A stretch of DNA of 64,000 nt from a bacterium (GTDB lineage Bacteria > Patescibacteriota > Patescibacteriia > UBA9570), in NCBI GenBank assembly GCA_030698395.1, contig JAUYKW010000018.1, positions 44,726 to 108,725 of the forward strand, read 5' to 3'. Of this stretch, positions 27,906 to 37,831 are shown one piece after another. The number at the start of each line of letters is the position of its first letter. The stretch's first letter is position 1. The translations under genes were made by a program, and so were the position numbers. The notes under the pieces were generated by a model. The model searched no databases and was not told the origin of the DNA. It saw only the letters and a program-made list of their open reading frames with translations.

Positions 27906-28958
27906 ATGGCATTACAGTTAGGAATTGTTGGTCTACCAAATGTTGGAAAATCTACATTATTCAAAGCACTTACCAAGCAACAAGTTGAAGCTAGCAACTA
28001 TCCTTTTTGTACTATCGATCCAAATGTAGGGTGCGTTTCTGTTCCTGATGAACGTTTAGAAAAATTACGGAATCTTTCTCAATCAGAAAATATTATTCCG
28101 GCTGCTATTGAATTTGTGGATATTGCCGGACTAGTTGCAGGCGCACATAAAGGTGAGGGCTTAGGAAATAAGTTTTTAGCAAATATTCGAGAGGTAGATG
28201 CAGTTGTGCAAGTAGTGAGAAATTTTACTGATGAAAATGTTACGCATGTACATAACGATGTGAATCCAAAAAATGATATTGAAGTGATTAATTTAGAATT
28301 AATCATGGCTGACGTTCAGTTATTGCAAAGCCATTATCAAAAAGTAGAAAAAAAAGCAAAGGGGCAAGATAAAGAAGCGATGCAAGAAAAAGCTGTAATA
28401 GAGAAGGTACTACCAATTTTAGAGGGTGGCGTGATGGCAAACACAATTGTATTAGATCCAGAAACTGAAGAACCATTTATTAAACATTTAAATTTACTCA
28501 CCCGCAAACCATTTCTATATGTAGTGAATGTTGATGAAGGAGAAACTGTTACACCCATTGAAGGGGCAGTGGTAATATCTGCAAAGATTGAAGCCGAGCT
28601 TACGGAATTATCAGACACTGAAGCAAAAGAGATGATGGATGCTTTGGGAATGGAATCTACTGGTTTGAATAAACTCATTCAAGCAGGGTATAAACTTCTT
28701 AATTTGATATCATATTTCACAACTGGAGAAAAAGAAACCAGAGCTTGGACCGTTGAACGTGGTGCTTTGGCGCCTGAAGCAGCTGGAGTTATTCATTCTG
28801 ATTTTGAGGAAAAGTTTATTAGAGCGGAGGTTATTGGTTGGGAGAAGTTGTTAGAGGCTGGAAGTTGGAGCTCTGCAAGAGATAAGGGTTGGCTGAGAAT
28901 GGAAGGCAAGGAATATGAGACTCAGGATGGAGATGTGATGGTATTTCATCATTCTTAA
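27906..28958 (+). CDS. ychF: Ribosome-binding ATPase YchF (Obg-family GTPase)
   Basis: G1 GIVGLPNVGKST, YchF-type C-terminal TGS domain, 350 aa. Confidence 0.9.
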   Translation: MALQLGIVGLPNVGKSTLFKALTKQQVEASNYPFCTIDPNVGCVSVPDERLEKLRNLSQSENIIPAAIEFVDIAGLVAGAHKGEGLGNKFLANIREVDAVVQVVRNFTDENVTHVHNDVNPKNDIEVINLELIMADVQLLQSHYQKVEKKAKGQDKEAMQEKAVIEKVLPILEGGVMANTIVLDPETEEPFIKHLNLLTRKPFLYVVNVDEGETVTPIEGAVVISAKIEAELTELSDTEAKEMMDALGMESTGLNKLIQAGYKLLNLISYFTTGEKETRAWTVERGALAPEAAGVIHSDFEEKFIRAEVIGWEKLLEAGSWSSARDKGWLRMEGKEYETQDGDVMVFHHS

Positions 28959-28961
28959 AAA

Positions 28962-30827
28962 ATGAATAAAAAAAAATATCAAGCTAAATTTGATGCTTTC
29001 ATAAAAAGGCATCCATTATTGTTACCAGTTATTGTTTCAGTTTTATGTGGATTGGTGTTATTAATTATTGCATTAAAATCTAGTGGTTCAGATTGGTTTT
29101 TTTCGGAGGTGTTAGCGGAGACAATCTATTCAGCAATTGTCTATCATCATGAGTTTCCATTTTTTTCTTACTTTCTAAATGGTGGAACACCTTTTATTCA
29201 AGATCCACAAGGGCCATTATTATCTATTAGTACGTTATGGATTTTGATATTTGGGCCTTGGGGTGGCTTAAGATTTGCCGCATTTTTTTGGGGATTTATC
29301 GGTACCTTTTCCTGCTGGGGGTGGCTAAGACCTAAATTAGGAAGTGGGCCAGCGTTAGTTTCTGCTACTGCCTGGATTTTGAGCATGGGTTTCTTTTGGC
29401 GTTTAGTAGTTGGTCACGATATGTTCTTGTGGCACTTAGCATTACCATTATTTTTAATAGTTATTGAAAAGTTAATATTTAAACCAACATGGAAGAATAG
29501 TATATTACTTGGATTGCTAACTGGATTATTTATCCTCGGACCATCATTACATTCACTTTTATATTTTATTATCCCAGCTGTAGTAATCTGGTACGTGGTG
29601 TTGTTGGTTGGTAATCACAAAAGAATAGCTATTAAGAATATATTTCTATTTTCAGCAATGGCTATTGTTATAGCATTAGCAATTGCATCACCAAAAGTTG
29701 CTGCATGGTCACGGCTAGATATGGTGAGAGAGACACAGAGTGAAAGTGCAATGTATTTAAAGGATGCTTTAATATCAATTGTTGACACTCAAGTTAGATC
29801 TGATCGTGGGTATTTGCTGGACGAGAAGTATGAGCGGGAAAGTTGGGGTATTTGGGAAAGTAATGTTGCCGCAACACCAATAATTCTTACATTAGCAATA
29901 TTAGCGCTTTTCATAGTAGCTTTCAAAAAAGAAAAACCAAATAGTTTGTTCATTTTTTCTATTACACTGTTTTTTGTAGGATTATTTATTGCGACAAACT
30001 CTTGGTTTTGGCAAGTATTTAGAGAATTATCGAATGGTAGTTTTAGGGTATCAGGCAGATTTTTAGGATTAGCTAATTTTTCAATAATTATCTTAGCGGG
30101 TATCGCAACAAAGTATTTGACAGGAATTGTCTCAAAAAAAATTCCTCATTTATCTGCAATTTTTATATTATCAACATTTGTTTTTAGTGCATTACTGATC
30201 TATCAAGCGAGCGTGACATTATCACCATATGTAAGTTCTGGAGGTAATATCCTTAAGCCAATCACAGCTATCTGGAATCATTCAAAAAAGAAAACTGACT
30301 CACCCATGTTAACAGGAGTAAATCATTATTATTATGATCAGGAGATAGAAGCAAATCAAATTAGTTCTGGTAACCTATATTTATTATATGGTCATAAAAT
30401 AATTGGAGATTCTGTTTCTGAAATACCTCTTGATGATTTTATGAAGATATTACCGAATAAAGATATAGAAATTCCAGTCTCACCAGAATTATCACCAGAT
30501 CGTTTAGAAGTATTTCATACTAAATTAGTGATTAGTAATTTACAGCCATTGGAAGAAGTAAACATCAGATTAAAGGTTGCACCATTAGGACAGGAAATTA
30601 TCACAGAACCTAGCGGGGCTAATATCACATTAGAGGAAAATGCAGGCACAATGACATTAATTAATAATGAGAATTACTTAATAGAAAAAATTACGATAAA
30701 ACCAAAGTCTCCTGTACCAGTAATAGCATGGATAGTGTCAATATTAACGTTAATAGCCTCTATAGGCTATCTAGTGGCCAAATCTGGAATTAGTGCTAGA
30801 ATAAGGTTTCAAAAAAATAAGGCATAA
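28962..30827 (+). CDS. Hypothetical polytopic membrane protein, possible GT-C-fold glycosyltransferase
   Basis: 621 aa. At least ten hydrophobic helices in the N-terminal two thirds and a soluble C-terminal region. Sits directly upstream of a Dpm1-like GT2. Confidence 0.35.
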   Translation: MNKKKYQAKFDAFIKRHPLLLPVIVSVLCGLVLLIIALKSSGSDWFFSEVLAETIYSAIVYHHEFPFFSYFLNGGTPFIQDPQGPLLSISTLWILIFGPWGGLRFAAFFWGFIGTFSCWGWLRPKLGSGPALVSATAWILSMGFFWRLVVGHDMFLWHLALPLFLIVIEKLIFKPTWKNSILLGLLTGLFILGPSLHSLLYFIIPAVVIWYVVLLVGNHKRIAIKNIFLFSAMAIVIALAIASPKVAAWSRLDMVRETQSESAMYLKDALISIVDTQVRSDRGYLLDEKYERESWGIWESNVAATPIILTLAILALFIVAFKKEKPNSLFIFSITLFFVGLFIATNSWFWQVFRELSNGSFRVSGRFLGLANFSIIILAGIATKYLTGIVSKKIPHLSAIFILSTFVFSALLIYQASVTLSPYVSSGGNILKPITAIWNHSKKKTDSPMLTGVNHYYYDQEIEANQISSGNLYLLYGHKIIGDSVSEIPLDDFMKILPNKDIEIPVSPELSPDRLEVFHTKLVISNLQPLEEVNIRLKVAPLGQEIITEPSGANITLEENAGTMTLINNENYLIEKITIKPKSPVPVIAWIVSILTLIASIGYLVAKSGISARIRFQKNKA

Positions 30828-30830
30828 TCT

Positions 30831-31592
30831 ATGGATATAAAAGTATCAGTAATACTTCCAACTTATAATGAAAAGGATAATATTGGAGATTTAGTATTGG
30901 CCATTGATAAGGAAGTTCAAGCTAGTAAAGAAATTATTGTGGTTGACGACGATTCTCCAGATGGGACGTCTCAAATAATTCAAAAGATGATCGATCAGCA
31001 TCAGGTGCTTAATTTAAGATTGATTACAAGAAAACAAGATAAGGGATTAACCAATAGTATTTGGGAAGGAATTCAGCAAGCACATGGTGAGATTGTGCTA
31101 TGGATGGATTGTGATTTTTCAATGCCTCCAAAAGATATACCTCGTTTATTAAAGAAAATTGATGAAGGTAATGATGTTGCAGTTGGTTCTCGTTTTGTGA
31201 AGGGTGGAAGCTTTAAAGAAGATACGTCAGATTCAGAAGATTCTTGGTTGGCAGTTGTGCTTAGTAGATTGATGAATGTATTTATTCGCATGATGTTAGG
31301 TAGAGATTTTAAGGATTATACGAGTGGTTTTATTGCTATTAAACGAAGCATCTTTGATAAGATAACTCTTACTGGAGATTATGGAGAATATTTTATAGAT
31401 TTGATTGTGCGAGCTAAATTATTCAATTTTAAAATTATTGAAATTCCATATACATGCTTACCCCGTGAAAAAGGTGAGTCTAAGACTGGTAGTAATTTAT
31501 CTGATTATATTAAGCGTGGCAGTAAATACGTTTGGGTGACTTTAAAGCTTTTTAAATTAAGGATGAAGTATAAGTTTTTTAGAATTGTGTAG
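30831..31592 (+). CDS. Glycosyltransferase family 2, polyprenyl-phosphate sugar synthase (Dpm1/GtrB-like)
   Basis: VSVILPTYNEKDNI, VVDDDSPDGT, WMDCDFSMPP (DxD). Confidence 0.8.
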   Translation: MDIKVSVILPTYNEKDNIGDLVLAIDKEVQASKEIIVVDDDSPDGTSQIIQKMIDQHQVLNLRLITRKQDKGLTNSIWEGIQQAHGEIVLWMDCDFSMPPKDIPRLLKKIDEGNDVAVGSRFVKGGSFKEDTSDSEDSWLAVVLSRLMNVFIRMMLGRDFKDYTSGFIAIKRSIFDKITLTGDYGEYFIDLIVRAKLFNFKIIEIPYTCLPREKGESKTGSNLSDYIKRGSKYVWVTLKLFKLRMKYKFFRIV

Positions 31593-32181
31593 GACTATGG
31601 TTTTACCATTAAAAAAAGAAAGTATTTCAAAAGTAGTAGATCTTCATAAGCAAGTATTGGGACACACTCTAAACGCTAGAATAGGTTCATGGTTTTTAGA
31701 GAAATTATATGAAGAGACTATGCTAGCAAAAGAAAATGGTAGGTGCTTTGTCTCGTTTGAGGATGAAAAAGTTGTTGGCTTTGTTAGTATTTGTTTAGAT
31801 TATGAAGCTCTCAGTTCACGAATTATGAGTTCATTAACATTGGTACAAAAAATTAAGGTAAGCATTTTTATGGGAAGTCATTTTTGGTTAATACCAGATT
31901 TTTTCAAGAAGCAATTGTTCTCTAGATACATAAAAGCAAATATGCCACAGCCATATCCTATGGTATTAACAATTGGTGTAGATTCTAACCAACAGGGTAA
32001 TGGGATTGGTAAACAATTGATGCATGAGGTAAAAACTAGCTTTCGTAAGCATAATTTAACAGAATTTTATCTAGATACAGAAGAAACAAACGAACAGGCT
32101 ATCGGATTTTATAAGAAAATTGGTTTTGATGAGATTGCCAGGAAATACGGCAACGTAGTTTTGCAATATAAATTGAACTGA
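31585..32181 (+). CDS. GNAT-family N-acetyltransferase
   Basis: Motif A QQGNGIGKQLMHEV. Length 198 aa. Confidence 0.55.
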   Translation: MCRTMVLPLKKESISKVVDLHKQVLGHTLNARIGSWFLEKLYEETMLAKENGRCFVSFEDEKVVGFVSICLDYEALSSRIMSSLTLVQKIKVSIFMGSHFWLIPDFFKKQLFSRYIKANMPQPYPMVLTIGVDSNQQGNGIGKQLMHEVKTSFRKHNLTEFYLDTEETNEQAIGFYKKIGFDEIARKYGNVVLQYKLN

Positions 32182-33440
32182 TGAGCATTGGTAAGAGAGA
32201 AATTAAAAAGGAGCATCTTCCGATTATAGTATTGGTTGCATTTAGTATCTTGGTGCAGTTAGCAATCTTGCCAAATTTTGGTTCTTTAGATACTAATGCA
32301 TTTATTAGAGTTGTTGATACAGTGGAGGCTTTTGGATTAAAACAAGGGTATGCAATTTATAATTTAGTGTATCCGCCACTAAGCTCCATCTTTGCATATG
32401 GTATTCATTTGATAATTCCGCTTTATTCTTTTATGCCTAAGCATCTACAGGTATTGGCTATAAAAGTGGGTTTGGCAATATTTCATTATGGTTTCCTAGC
32501 TTGTATATTATTGTTTCATAGAAAAAATAAAAAGTTATCTTGGTTCGCAGCAACAAAAGAAACAATTCCTATTTTATTGAACATTGCATTGATTGAGTCT
32601 ACGTTTATTATAGGATCATTTGATATTCTTTTGGCCATTCCGTTATTTTTTGCTTTTTATTTTGTATATAAGAAAAAGTTTTTTTGGTCTGGTTTTTTTC
32701 TCGCCACCGCTTTTTGTACTAAATTATTGCCGATTCTTTTAATTCCAGCTTTTTTAGTTTTCTTTTCATCGAAATTGTCGAAGGAAAAAATTACCCTTAA
32801 TTGGAGAGCGGTAAATTTATTTTTTCTGGGTATGTTAGTTGTAGTTGTACCTTTAGTGGCGTATTTTGGTTATCCGGAGATTAGAGAAATATTTGTAAAA
32901 TCATCAGTTCATAGTGATAAGTTGTCAGCGGCTTTTAATTTTAATAGAATAGTTCGTGAATTATTTATGCCGGAGAATATAACTACGCCGGCTATTTACT
33001 ATTTTGGTCGAGGAGTATTCTTTCTAACCTCAGCATTTTTACTAATAAGATTATGGATGAGTCCAAAGAATATTCAAAATCTACTATATACTAGCATTGG
33101 AATAATCATAACTTATTTTACTTTTCTTGCTGGCGTGCATCAGAATCATATTTTTCCGGCACTAATCTTTGCTATCCTCTTGGTGATGTATAACAAAAAT
33201 AGCATAAATATGTTTATTTATTATTCTATCACTGCAATAGCCTTTATAAATTGGTTCGCACCTTATGGGTTTGGATATTTTGAAACTGTTGAATATACCG
33301 GAATTAGATATTTGTGGCAGCTTCCAGTTACTACCATTGGTTTGATATATGCTTTGTTAAGCTTGCTTACTGTTTTCTTTTTTGGGGGATATATGTGGTT
33401 GGTGTTACGACCAAAATTCTTCAGGCAGACTGAGAAATAA
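32181..33440 (+). CDS. Hypothetical polytopic membrane protein (possible GT-C / DUF2029-like glycosyltransferase)
   Basis: 419 aa, hydrophobic throughout, within the glycan gene cluster. Confidence 0.35.
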   Translation: MSIGKREIKKEHLPIIVLVAFSILVQLAILPNFGSLDTNAFIRVVDTVEAFGLKQGYAIYNLVYPPLSSIFAYGIHLIIPLYSFMPKHLQVLAIKVGLAIFHYGFLACILLFHRKNKKLSWFAATKETIPILLNIALIESTFIIGSFDILLAIPLFFAFYFVYKKKFFWSGFFLATAFCTKLLPILLIPAFLVFFSSKLSKEKITLNWRAVNLFFLGMLVVVVPLVAYFGYPEIREIFVKSSVHSDKLSAAFNFNRIVRELFMPENITTPAIYYFGRGVFFLTSAFLLIRLWMSPKNIQNLLYTSIGIIITYFTFLAGVHQNHIFPALIFAILLVMYNKNSINMFIYYSITAIAFINWFAPYGFGYFETVEYTGIRYLWQLPVTTIGLIYALLSLLTVFFFGGYMWLVLRPKFFRQTEK

Positions 33441-34530
33441 GTTTCATTTGTTCACAAACATAATCAATCTGTTCATCTGTGATTGCTAGACCAGAAGGTA
33501 AATATAGGCCATGTTTTGCTATGTAATCCGTGTTGGGGTAGGATCCAATATCCCCGTAAGTATTTATTAGTACTGGCTGATCTGTTGGCGAGTAAAAGAA
33601 ATCTCTAGTATCAATATCTACTTCTTTTAGCTGTGTTCGGACTTCGTCTTTAGTTTTGCCAAATTCCTCTTCAATTAAAATTGCATACATCCAAAAAACA
33701 TTTTTATTTTTCGGAAGTGTGGTTGGCAACTTAATACCTGGAATATCTTTTAGTACGCTATTATACCTTTCTGCCATCTGATTCTTCTTTTCAATATATT
33801 CATCAATATGCTGAAGTTCCCCGCATCCTATTGCAGCTTGCATATTAGTCATTCTATAGTTATAGCCAACGTGTTCATGGATGAATCTTGTATCAGAGTG
33901 ATAGAGATCTTTTAATTTTCTAGCTTTTTCAGCAATTGCATCGTCATTTGTTACTACCATACCGCCTTCTCCAGTAGTGATTATTTTATTTCCATAAAAA
34001 CTAAAACATGCAATGTCGGACATGCTTCCACAAATTCTTCCTTTGTAGGTTGCACCATGAGCTTCAGCAGCATCTTCAATTACGATCAAATTATGTTTCT
34101 GGGCAATTTCTAATATTGGATCCATATCGCAGGAATGGCCATAGATATGAACGGGCATTATTGCTTTGGTATTTTTGGTAATTTTTTCTTCAAGTTTAGC
34201 TGGATCTAAATTATATGTTTCTAATTCACAATCTACAAAAACTGGTTTAGCCCCAGTGTACATTACTGCAAATATTGTTGCGATCATTGTAAACGCAGGT
34301 ACGATTACTTCATCTCCAGGTCCAATATTCATTGTGAGTAAGGCAGTGTGTAATGCTGTTGTTCCATTATTTGTAGTAATGGCGTGCTTAACACCAAGAT
34401 AAGATGCGAACTTGTTTTCGAATTCTTCTACAAATTTTCCAGCAGATGAGATCCAACCTGTTTCTACTGCTTCTAATATATTTTTTTTTGCTTCTTCTGA
34501 TATCAGCGGTTCATTAACGGGTACACGCAT
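33421..34530 (-). CDS. DegT/DnrJ/EryC1/StrS-family PLP-dependent sugar aminotransferase
   Basis: N-terminal PVNEPLISEEAKKNILEAVETGWIS. SxxxK-type PLP region (FSFYGNKIITTGEGG). Length 369 aa. Confidence 0.85.
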   Translation of the reverse strand: MRVPVNEPLISEEAKKNILEAVETGWISSAGKFVEEFENKFASYLGVKHAITTNNGTTALHTALLTMNIGPGDEVIVPAFTMIATIFAVMYTGAKPVFVDCELETYNLDPAKLEEKITKNTKAIMPVHIYGHSCDMDPILEIAQKHNLIVIEDAAEAHGATYKGRICGSMSDIACFSFYGNKIITTGEGGMVVTNDDAIAEKARKLKDLYHSDTRFIHEHVGYNYRMTNMQAAIGCGELQHIDEYIEKKNQMAERYNSVLKDIPGIKLPTTLPKNKNVFWMYAILIEEEFGKTKDEVRTQLKEVDIDTRDFFYSPTDQPVLINTYGDIGSYPNTDYIAKHGLYLPSGLAITDEQIDYVCEQMKLISQSA

Positions 34531-34533
34531 ATA

Positions 34534-34950
34534 TTAATCCATAAATATTTTAGCTTTCTTATCTCCAGGATATGGGCCTTGTTTGATTTCAATGATTCTA
34601 CATTTACTTAACATTTTAAATGAATGACCGCCAGCAACGAATAGTGCAAAATCTCCTTTATTTAGTTTAACTTTTTTTAGTACGGTCCAATCATTGCGGT
34701 AAATAGTAGCTTCAACACTGCCCTTTTCAATGTAGAGAAATTCTTGAGTAGTGGATACATTGTATTTTAAGCTTGGATGTCGATGAGGTTTTACTTTGTG
34801 ACCTTTAGGATGTTCTAATAGACCAACTTGAAGCGGGTAATTTTGTGGAGTTAAAAAACGCACTCCATCAGCCTTCATGTCTGCGGAATAAATTAAGGCG
34901 TAGACTTTTTTCCCCTCTGTAATTTCGTTTACTGCTTTCATTTGATGCAA
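34534..34950 (-). CDS. Cupin-fold WxcM/FdtA-like protein (putative NDP-sugar 3,4-ketoisomerase)
   Basis: 138 aa small beta-barrel with HPKGHKVKPHRHP His-rich metal or sugar-binding stretch, directly downstream of the DegT aminotransferase. Confidence 0.45.
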   Translation of the reverse strand: MHQMKAVNEITEGKKVYALIYSADMKADGVRFLTPQNYPLQVGLLEHPKGHKVKPHRHPSLKYNVSTTQEFLYIEKGSVEATIYRNDWTVLKKVKLNKGDFALFVAGGHSFKMLSKCRIIEIKQGPYPGDKKAKIFMD

Positions 34951-35073
34951 GTATTAATTGAAAATCAGATTATATTATAGGTTCAAAGTACGGGGGAGTC
35001 AATTATTGAAGAATTTCATTATCATTGTTTTTTTTAACCTTTGTCTATATAATAAAGCCTCATTGAAATAATT

Positions 35074-35496
35074 ATGAAACAGTTTATTAGTCAGTTTGTA
35101 AAATTTTGTATTACGGGAACAATCAATGCTGGCATTGATTTCTTAGTATATTTAGGGTTAACGCGCTACTTTGATTTTTGGGAAAATCGTTTAGTCATGG
35201 CCACCGGAGTTGCGTTTGTGATAGCAAATATCAATAGTTATATCATGAATAAATACTGGACATTTCGAGATCCTAACGGTAGGCACAAAATACAATATCC
35301 AAAATTCTTTGCAGTTTCATTGGTTGGTTTAGCAATAAACTTAGCTGTCTTTTATTATCTAGTTCATGTATTAATGATAGACGACATTCTTAGCAAGGTA
35401 ATAGTTGCAGCAATTGTATTAGTATGGAATTTTTTCGCGAATAAATTTTGGACTTTTATTAAGCCAAAAAAAGATTTATTGGAATCTAAAAGTTAA
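35074..35496 (+). CDS. GtrA-family membrane protein (polysaccharide biosynthesis / flippase accessory)
   Basis: 140 aa, four TM, N-terminus FVKFCITGTINAGIDFLVYLGL typical of GtrA-like proteins. Confidence 0.75.
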   Translation: MKQFISQFVKFCITGTINAGIDFLVYLGLTRYFDFWENRLVMATGVAFVIANINSYIMNKYWTFRDPNGRHKIQYPKFFAVSLVGLAINLAVFYYLVHVLMIDDILSKVIVAAIVLVWNFFANKFWTFIKPKKDLLESKS

Positions 35497-36636
35497 TTAG
35501 CCTTGATAGGTTAGAAATAGTATTTTACGTACTACTCGTGCTTCTGGTCGGGAGTAAAAAATTGGTTCATGAAATTGTGAGTAGTTTAGTTTTGTATAAT
35601 ATTTTGCCAGCGGTAATGTCAAAGTATCATCATGTCTGCGCCATGCTGGTACAGCCAATACTATTCTGGCTTGAGGAGCAAGAATATCTGTAAGTGCTAG
35701 AAATGTTTCTTCATATAACTTGATCATTTGGCGATGAACTTTATCTGTTTTCTTTGGTCGCAGCGGTCCCAGATATCCTTCAGCGACAACTCTATTTATT
35801 GACTCTTTTCCTAAAATATTTTTAATATCCTTAACATCACTAACATGTAATGGAATTTTTGGTAGGTTTAACCATGCCAGATTATCTGTTGTGTCTAAAA
35901 TACTTTTCTTCGAAATGTCGGAACCTATTACATTTTTGTAGCCTGATAATAGAGCTTCCTGCAATATAGTGCCTGATCCGCAAAAGGGATCTAGAATAGT
36001 ATCATCTAAATTTGGTTGTGAAATATTTATCATCATTCTAGCGATTTTTGGTGGGAGCATTCCAGAATGATGATCTCTTTGTGGTCTGCCGTAATCTCGT
36101 TTTGAAAAATCTCTGAATGGTTGTACTGAGGTGGTGCGAGCTAATAAAATACTCTTATTATAAAGCACTAAACAAAAATCTGTTTGGTTATCTAACAAAT
36201 GTTCTTTTTGTACAATTACAGAAGACAGCGCTGGTTCTTTACTACTAACATATCTAATTGATTTACCGGTAGCTCTGACTTCTTTTTTCCAGTCTATCCC
36301 TATGCGTTCTAATTTTTTTGCGTAATGCTTTACTATATTATCGGTCATGGCATTTTCTCCTGCATAAACACTAAAACCAAACCTAATTTTATTTTCTCCT
36401 GTTAAGTATTTTTTAAAAATATCCAAGCCCGCTAAATCACGGGATATTTCATCAACGACTGTACATATTTTTATGGTACCTCCTAAGATATTAATGTCTA
36501 CATCATTAGAAAGTTCTGCTATATTTCCGCCAGACCATTTTTTCAAAACATTAAGTGATTCTAATTCTAATGCTGAGAGATCTGGTGTAGTACCAAGAAT
36601 TGCTATTTGTTTCATATACGATTGTTTTGATACCAT
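35497..36636 (-). CDS. Putative THUMP-domain RNA methyltransferase (Trm11/RlmL-like)
   Basis: SAM motif I ILDPFCGSGTILQEA in the C-terminal half. N-terminal half resembles THUMP/ferredoxin-like RNA-binding modules. Confidence 0.5.
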   Translation of the reverse strand: MVSKQSYMKQIAILGTTPDLSALELESLNVLKKWSGGNIAELSNDVDINILGGTIKICTVVDEISRDLAGLDIFKKYLTGENKIRFGFSVYAGENAMTDNIVKHYAKKLERIGIDWKKEVRATGKSIRYVSSKEPALSSVIVQKEHLLDNQTDFCLVLYNKSILLARTTSVQPFRDFSKRDYGRPQRDHHSGMLPPKIARMMINISQPNLDDTILDPFCGSGTILQEALLSGYKNVIGSDISKKSILDTTDNLAWLNLPKIPLHVSDVKDIKNILGKESINRVVAEGYLGPLRPKKTDKVHRQMIKLYEETFLALTDILAPQARIVLAVPAWRRHDDTLTLPLAKYYTKLNYSQFHEPIFYSRPEARVVRKILFLTYQG

Positions 36637-37550
36637 GAGGCAAATTTATTTAAACCTTCTTCTAGACTTGTAGTTGGTTTAAAGTTTAAAAGTTTTTTTG
36701 CTTTATCTATATTAGCGTATGTTTGATGAACGTCACCTGGTTGCATGCCAACCTGTTTAATGATTGCAGTTTTACCAGTAACTTTTTCTACAGTAGCAAT
36801 GAAATCATTTAACGAGATTGGTTCATTATTTCCTAGGTTGATAATTTCATAAGGAAATGGATTTTCTACGGCAGCTTTTACACCCTGTACTATGTCTGCT
36901 ATGTAAGTATAATCTCTACTAGTATTTCCATCACCAAATTTTATAATTTCCTTTTCTTTTAGAATTTTTTCTGTAAATAGATATGGAGCCATGTCTGGCC
37001 TACCACGTTCACCATATACTGTGAAGAATCGTAGGATGGTAGTTTGAATGTTGTGCAAATGATGATTGGTATAAAGCATTAGTTCAGCTGCTCGTTTTGT
37101 AGCTGCATATGGAGAAATCGGCTCATTAACATTTACATCTTCTGAAAAAGGCACTGTCGTAGTATCTCCGTAAACCGCGGAAGTTGATCCGAAGATAAAA
37201 CGATTTACATTATATTCCATCGCTAACTTTGCTAAATTTGTTGTGCCTAGTAAATTTACTTTCGCATATAAATCTGGTTCTAGCAAAGATGATCGGACAC
37301 CTGCACGAGCTGCCAAATGAATTATCAGATCAAATTTATGATCTTTAAATATTTCAGTTAGAGCTGTAGAATCTGTAACATCAACTTGATAAAATTTTTC
37401 TGGTCGTAATAATGCTAAATTTTCTTTTTTGAATTCTGGATTATAGTAATCATTAATATTATCAATAATTACAACGTTATGATCAGCTTGTAGAGCTTCT
37501 ACTATATGAGAGCCAATGAAACCAGCGCCTCCGGTTACTAATATATTCAT
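36612..37550 (-). CDS. NAD-dependent nucleotide-sugar epimerase/dehydratase (SDR family)
   Basis: MNILVTGGAGFIGSHIVEAL Rossmann motif, catalytic YxxxK (YAATKRAAE), 312 aa. Confidence 0.85.
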   Translation of the reverse strand: MNILVTGGAGFIGSHIVEALQADHNVVIIDNINDYYNPEFKKENLALLRPEKFYQVDVTDSTALTEIFKDHKFDLIIHLAARAGVRSSLLEPDLYAKVNLLGTTNLAKLAMEYNVNRFIFGSTSAVYGDTTTVPFSEDVNVNEPISPYAATKRAAELMLYTNHHLHNIQTTILRFFTVYGERGRPDMAPYLFTEKILKEKEIIKFGDGNTSRDYTYIADIVQGVKAAVENPFPYEIINLGNNEPISLNDFIATVEKVTGKTAIIKQVGMQPGDVHQTYANIDKAKKLLNFKPTTSLEEGLNKFASWYQNNRI

Positions 37551-37582
37551 ATTAAATTTTTATCCATTACTTCCATATTCTA

Positions 37583-37831
37583 TCACCTTTTCTTAATAAC
37601 GAGCATCATAATACCAGCTATCATCGATAAAGCAATACTAAACCATGTAAATGCCCATGCAGCAAAAGCTCTTTGGTGAGCTAAAATTTGATCTTCATAA
37701 TATGGATCTCCTAATAGAGTGGTATCTTGCAAGGTGGCTAAATAGATAATATAAATAGCAGTTAGCGCAATTAGTGCAGTGATTACCCACATAATAGATG
37801 AAAAAATCTTATTTTTAAGGTTTGAGGTCAT
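37583..37831 (-). CDS. Hypothetical small membrane protein (2 TM)
   Basis: 82 aa, two hydrophobic helices, overlaps the upstream membrane-protein gene by 17 bp. Confidence 0.4.
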   Translation of the reverse strand: MTSNLKNKIFSSIMWVITALIALTAIYIIYLATLQDTTLLGDPYYEDQILAHQRAFAAWAFTWFSIALSMIAGIMMLVIKKR